DNA of 64,000 nt, taken from assembly GCF_009914755.1 (NCBI RefSeq), contig NC_060934.1; one strand, 5' to 3'. Source of the stretch: the human T2T-CHM13v2.0 reference genome, Homo sapiens. Of this stretch, positions 60,829 to 64,000 are shown piece after piece. Positions within the stretch are counted from its first letter, which is position 1. Each line of letters opens with the position of its first letter. The notes below the pieces were generated by a model. It was not told the DNA's origin, searched no databases, and was given only the letters and a program-made list of their open reading frames with translations. Both the position numbers and the translations under genes were made by a program.

Positions 60829-61316
60829 TTAGCTTTCTCAGATGAGTCGTTTTACTCAGTGAAGTAGATTCCACCCCTGTCCCAGGGTGAAAATGTTTCA
60901 GTGAATTGCAGTGTTTACAGCCAACAGGTTCTTCCTAATACCCCATGTTCTGGGTCCTTAGTAGATGTTCAATAAATATTTGCCCACTTAGGTAAACCAG
61001 ATGTCCTGTGTGAGACCCCAAAACTAGGATTTCTGCCTTCTGGACTTTTTTGGTCTTCAATCAGTTGTTGATACATTTAGTCCTCAATAATTGGCTGCTT
61101 CACTGCCTTTATCCCCATTGTCTTCTGTGATCAGCTAGATTAATGCTTTCTTGCTGACATTAAACCTCCTGGGAGAAGCTGAGGCTGGTGCTTCCACTTC
61201 CCTATAGATGATGGAACTTTTCCTCCACCCTCAGATGGTCTTGCCCGTCACTCCACCCGAACCCCATTCAACTTTGCTTGACCGAATTTTCCAGCCGGGC
61301 TTGCTTAAAAGTCATA

Positions 61317-61615
61317 GGCCGGATGCAGTGGCTCATGGCTGTATTCCCAGCACTTTGGGAGGCCAAGGCGGGTGGATCACTTTAGGTCAGGAGTTCAAGA
61401 CAAGCCTGGCCAGTGTGGTGAAACCCCATTTCTACTAAAACTACAAAAATTAGCTAGGCGTGGTGGTGGGTGTCTGTGATTCTAGCTCCTTGGGAGGCTG
61501 AGGCAGGAGAACCATTTGAATCCAGGAGGCAGAAGTTGCAGTGAGCAAAGATCATGCCACTACACTCCAGCCTGGGTGACAGAGCCAGACTCCATCTCAG
61601 AAAATAGTAATAAAA
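61317..61615 (+). mobile_element. AluS
   Basis: TAAAAGTCAT flanks both sides. Confidence 0.92.
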
Positions 61616-61685
61616 GTCATGGTAAACACCCACAGGCAGCAGCAGGCACCCCTTTCCTCCTCTCCAGTACTCAGCATTTACCCAG

Positions 61686-61992
61686 TTTTTTGTTTTTGTT
61701 TTTGTTTTGTTTGAGACGGAGTCTCACTCTATCACCCAGGCTGTAGTGCAGTGGCATGATCTTGGCTCACTGCAACCTCCGCATCCTGGGTTGAAGTGAT
61801 TCTCCTGCCTCAGCCTCTTGAGTTGCTGGGATTACAGGCGTGTGCCAACCAAGCCTAGTTAATTTTGTATTTTTAGTAGAATAGGGCTTTCACCATGTTG
61901 ACCAGGCTGGTCTCGAACTCCTGACCTTGTTATCTGCCTGCCATGGCCTCCCAAAGTGCTGGGATTACAGGTGTGAGCCACCTTACCCCACC
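61686..61992 (-). mobile_element. AluS
   Basis: Full antisense Alu. Confidence 0.92.
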
Positions 61993-62336
61993 CTAAGAGA
62001 TTTTGCATTGCCTCTTAGGATAGCAATAATTGATGCTAGTCCCCCAAAAATCTCCTGTGCAATGGAAACTCCTTTCTTTCTGAATTGTCTTCATCAGTAA
62101 GAGCAGACATCAATTTTCACAAACAATAGAAATGCCAGTGTCAATTTCCCTCCTAGGGCACCCAGGTTAGCCCACTATGCCCTCTTCATAGCTTTCACTG
62201 CTTTGGGTATGGAAATGGATCCAGGAACTCATGAGATAAGAGTGGCAGTGTGCAGAGAATGTTCTAGTCAAGAAGAGGACAATTGATGCCCCTTCACGGG
62301 AGATGTTGCCTAATTGCTCTAAGAAGTTGGGATTTT

Positions 62337-62637
62337 GGCCAGGCGCAGTGGCTCATGCATGTAATTCCAGCAGTTTGGGAGGCTGAGGTGGGCGGATCAC
62401 AAGGTCAGGAGATCGAGACCATCCTGACCAACATGTTGAAACACGGTCTCTACTAAAAATAGAAAAATTAGCTGGGTGTGGTGGCATGTGCCTGTAATCC
62501 CAGCTACTCGGGAGGCTGACGCATGATAGTCGCTTGAACCCAGGATGCGAAGGTGCAGTGAGCCGAGATCACACCACTGGACTCCAGCCTGGTGACAGAA
62601 TGAGACTCTCTCTCAAAAAAAAAAAAAGAGAGAGAGA
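62337..62637 (+). mobile_element. AluSc-like
   Basis: AGAAGTTGGGATTT flanks both sides. Confidence 0.92.
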
Positions 62638-62764
62638 GAAGTTGGGATTTCTTGGGGAGTCAAAATGAGACAAGGATGATCTTGCAGGGCTCACATTTTC
62701 AGCTTCTCTTGTGGTACGTGAAGGCTGTTGGTGGTGGGTGTGTTTTTGTTTTTGCTTCTTTGTT

Positions 62765-63054
<290 letters not shown>

Positions 63055-63457
63055 TAACATGGAAGTTACTGATAAACATCGTGCTTATGAAAGCCACTCG
63101 TATTTTTCAGGCCCAGAACCTGAGGGGAGGCCGTTGAAGGGATGTCATGGTGCAAATGAGTTCCTTTGCCTCTCCAAGCACTGGTCCTTATTAACCTGGA
63201 GGTGACTGCAGCCACAAGAAAAACTCCCTAAAAGCTTTGCTGGCAGGAGGTGAAAGAGAAGATGCACCACGCCTGGAACATCCTAAGTGCTCAATAAATG
63301 GCTGCCGTGGGTGGCTGCTTCCCCAAGCCCTCCTCCTTCACCACAGGGTTCTTGTAAAATTCCTAACTGTCCTTGGAGGCCTAAATTCCCTGCTGTAGCC
63401 ATCCTGATGCCCCTACCCTGTGACTTTGTGGTTTCATAATAAAGATAACAACAGCTG

Positions 63458-64000
<543 letters not shown>

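Overview
This is primate, almost certainly human, genomic DNA: AluJ/S/Y, L1PA, MER11 and MaLR elements are all recognisable by eye. I found no intact protein-coding gene, structural RNA gene, CRISPR array or CpG island, and nearly all ORFs in the supplied track are Alu, L1 or LTR read-throughs. The first ~22 kb is L1-dominated. It includes a near full-length, internally deleted L1MC1 (2374-11566) that hosts an AluJ, a 5'-truncated L1PA6-like element, a MER11 solo LTR and a 25-bp L1PA tag, followed by antisense L1ME/L1PA fragments with a MER8. The 22-52 kb region mixes unique sequence with MIR/L2, MLT/MST, a Charlie1a hAT fossil and an ERV3-16A3/LTR16 remnant. The last 12 kb is a dense Alu cluster with nested and closely inverted pairs. 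I cannot support a novel biological system here. The best leads are low-confidence: a chain of splice-site-flanked, phase-compatible minus-strand segments that might be a decayed gene, a CpG-retaining unique block at 23.4-24.0 kb, several candidate enhancers and some mutational scars. Subfamily names are by-eye matches to remembered consensus sequences, and boundaries of old elements are approximate.
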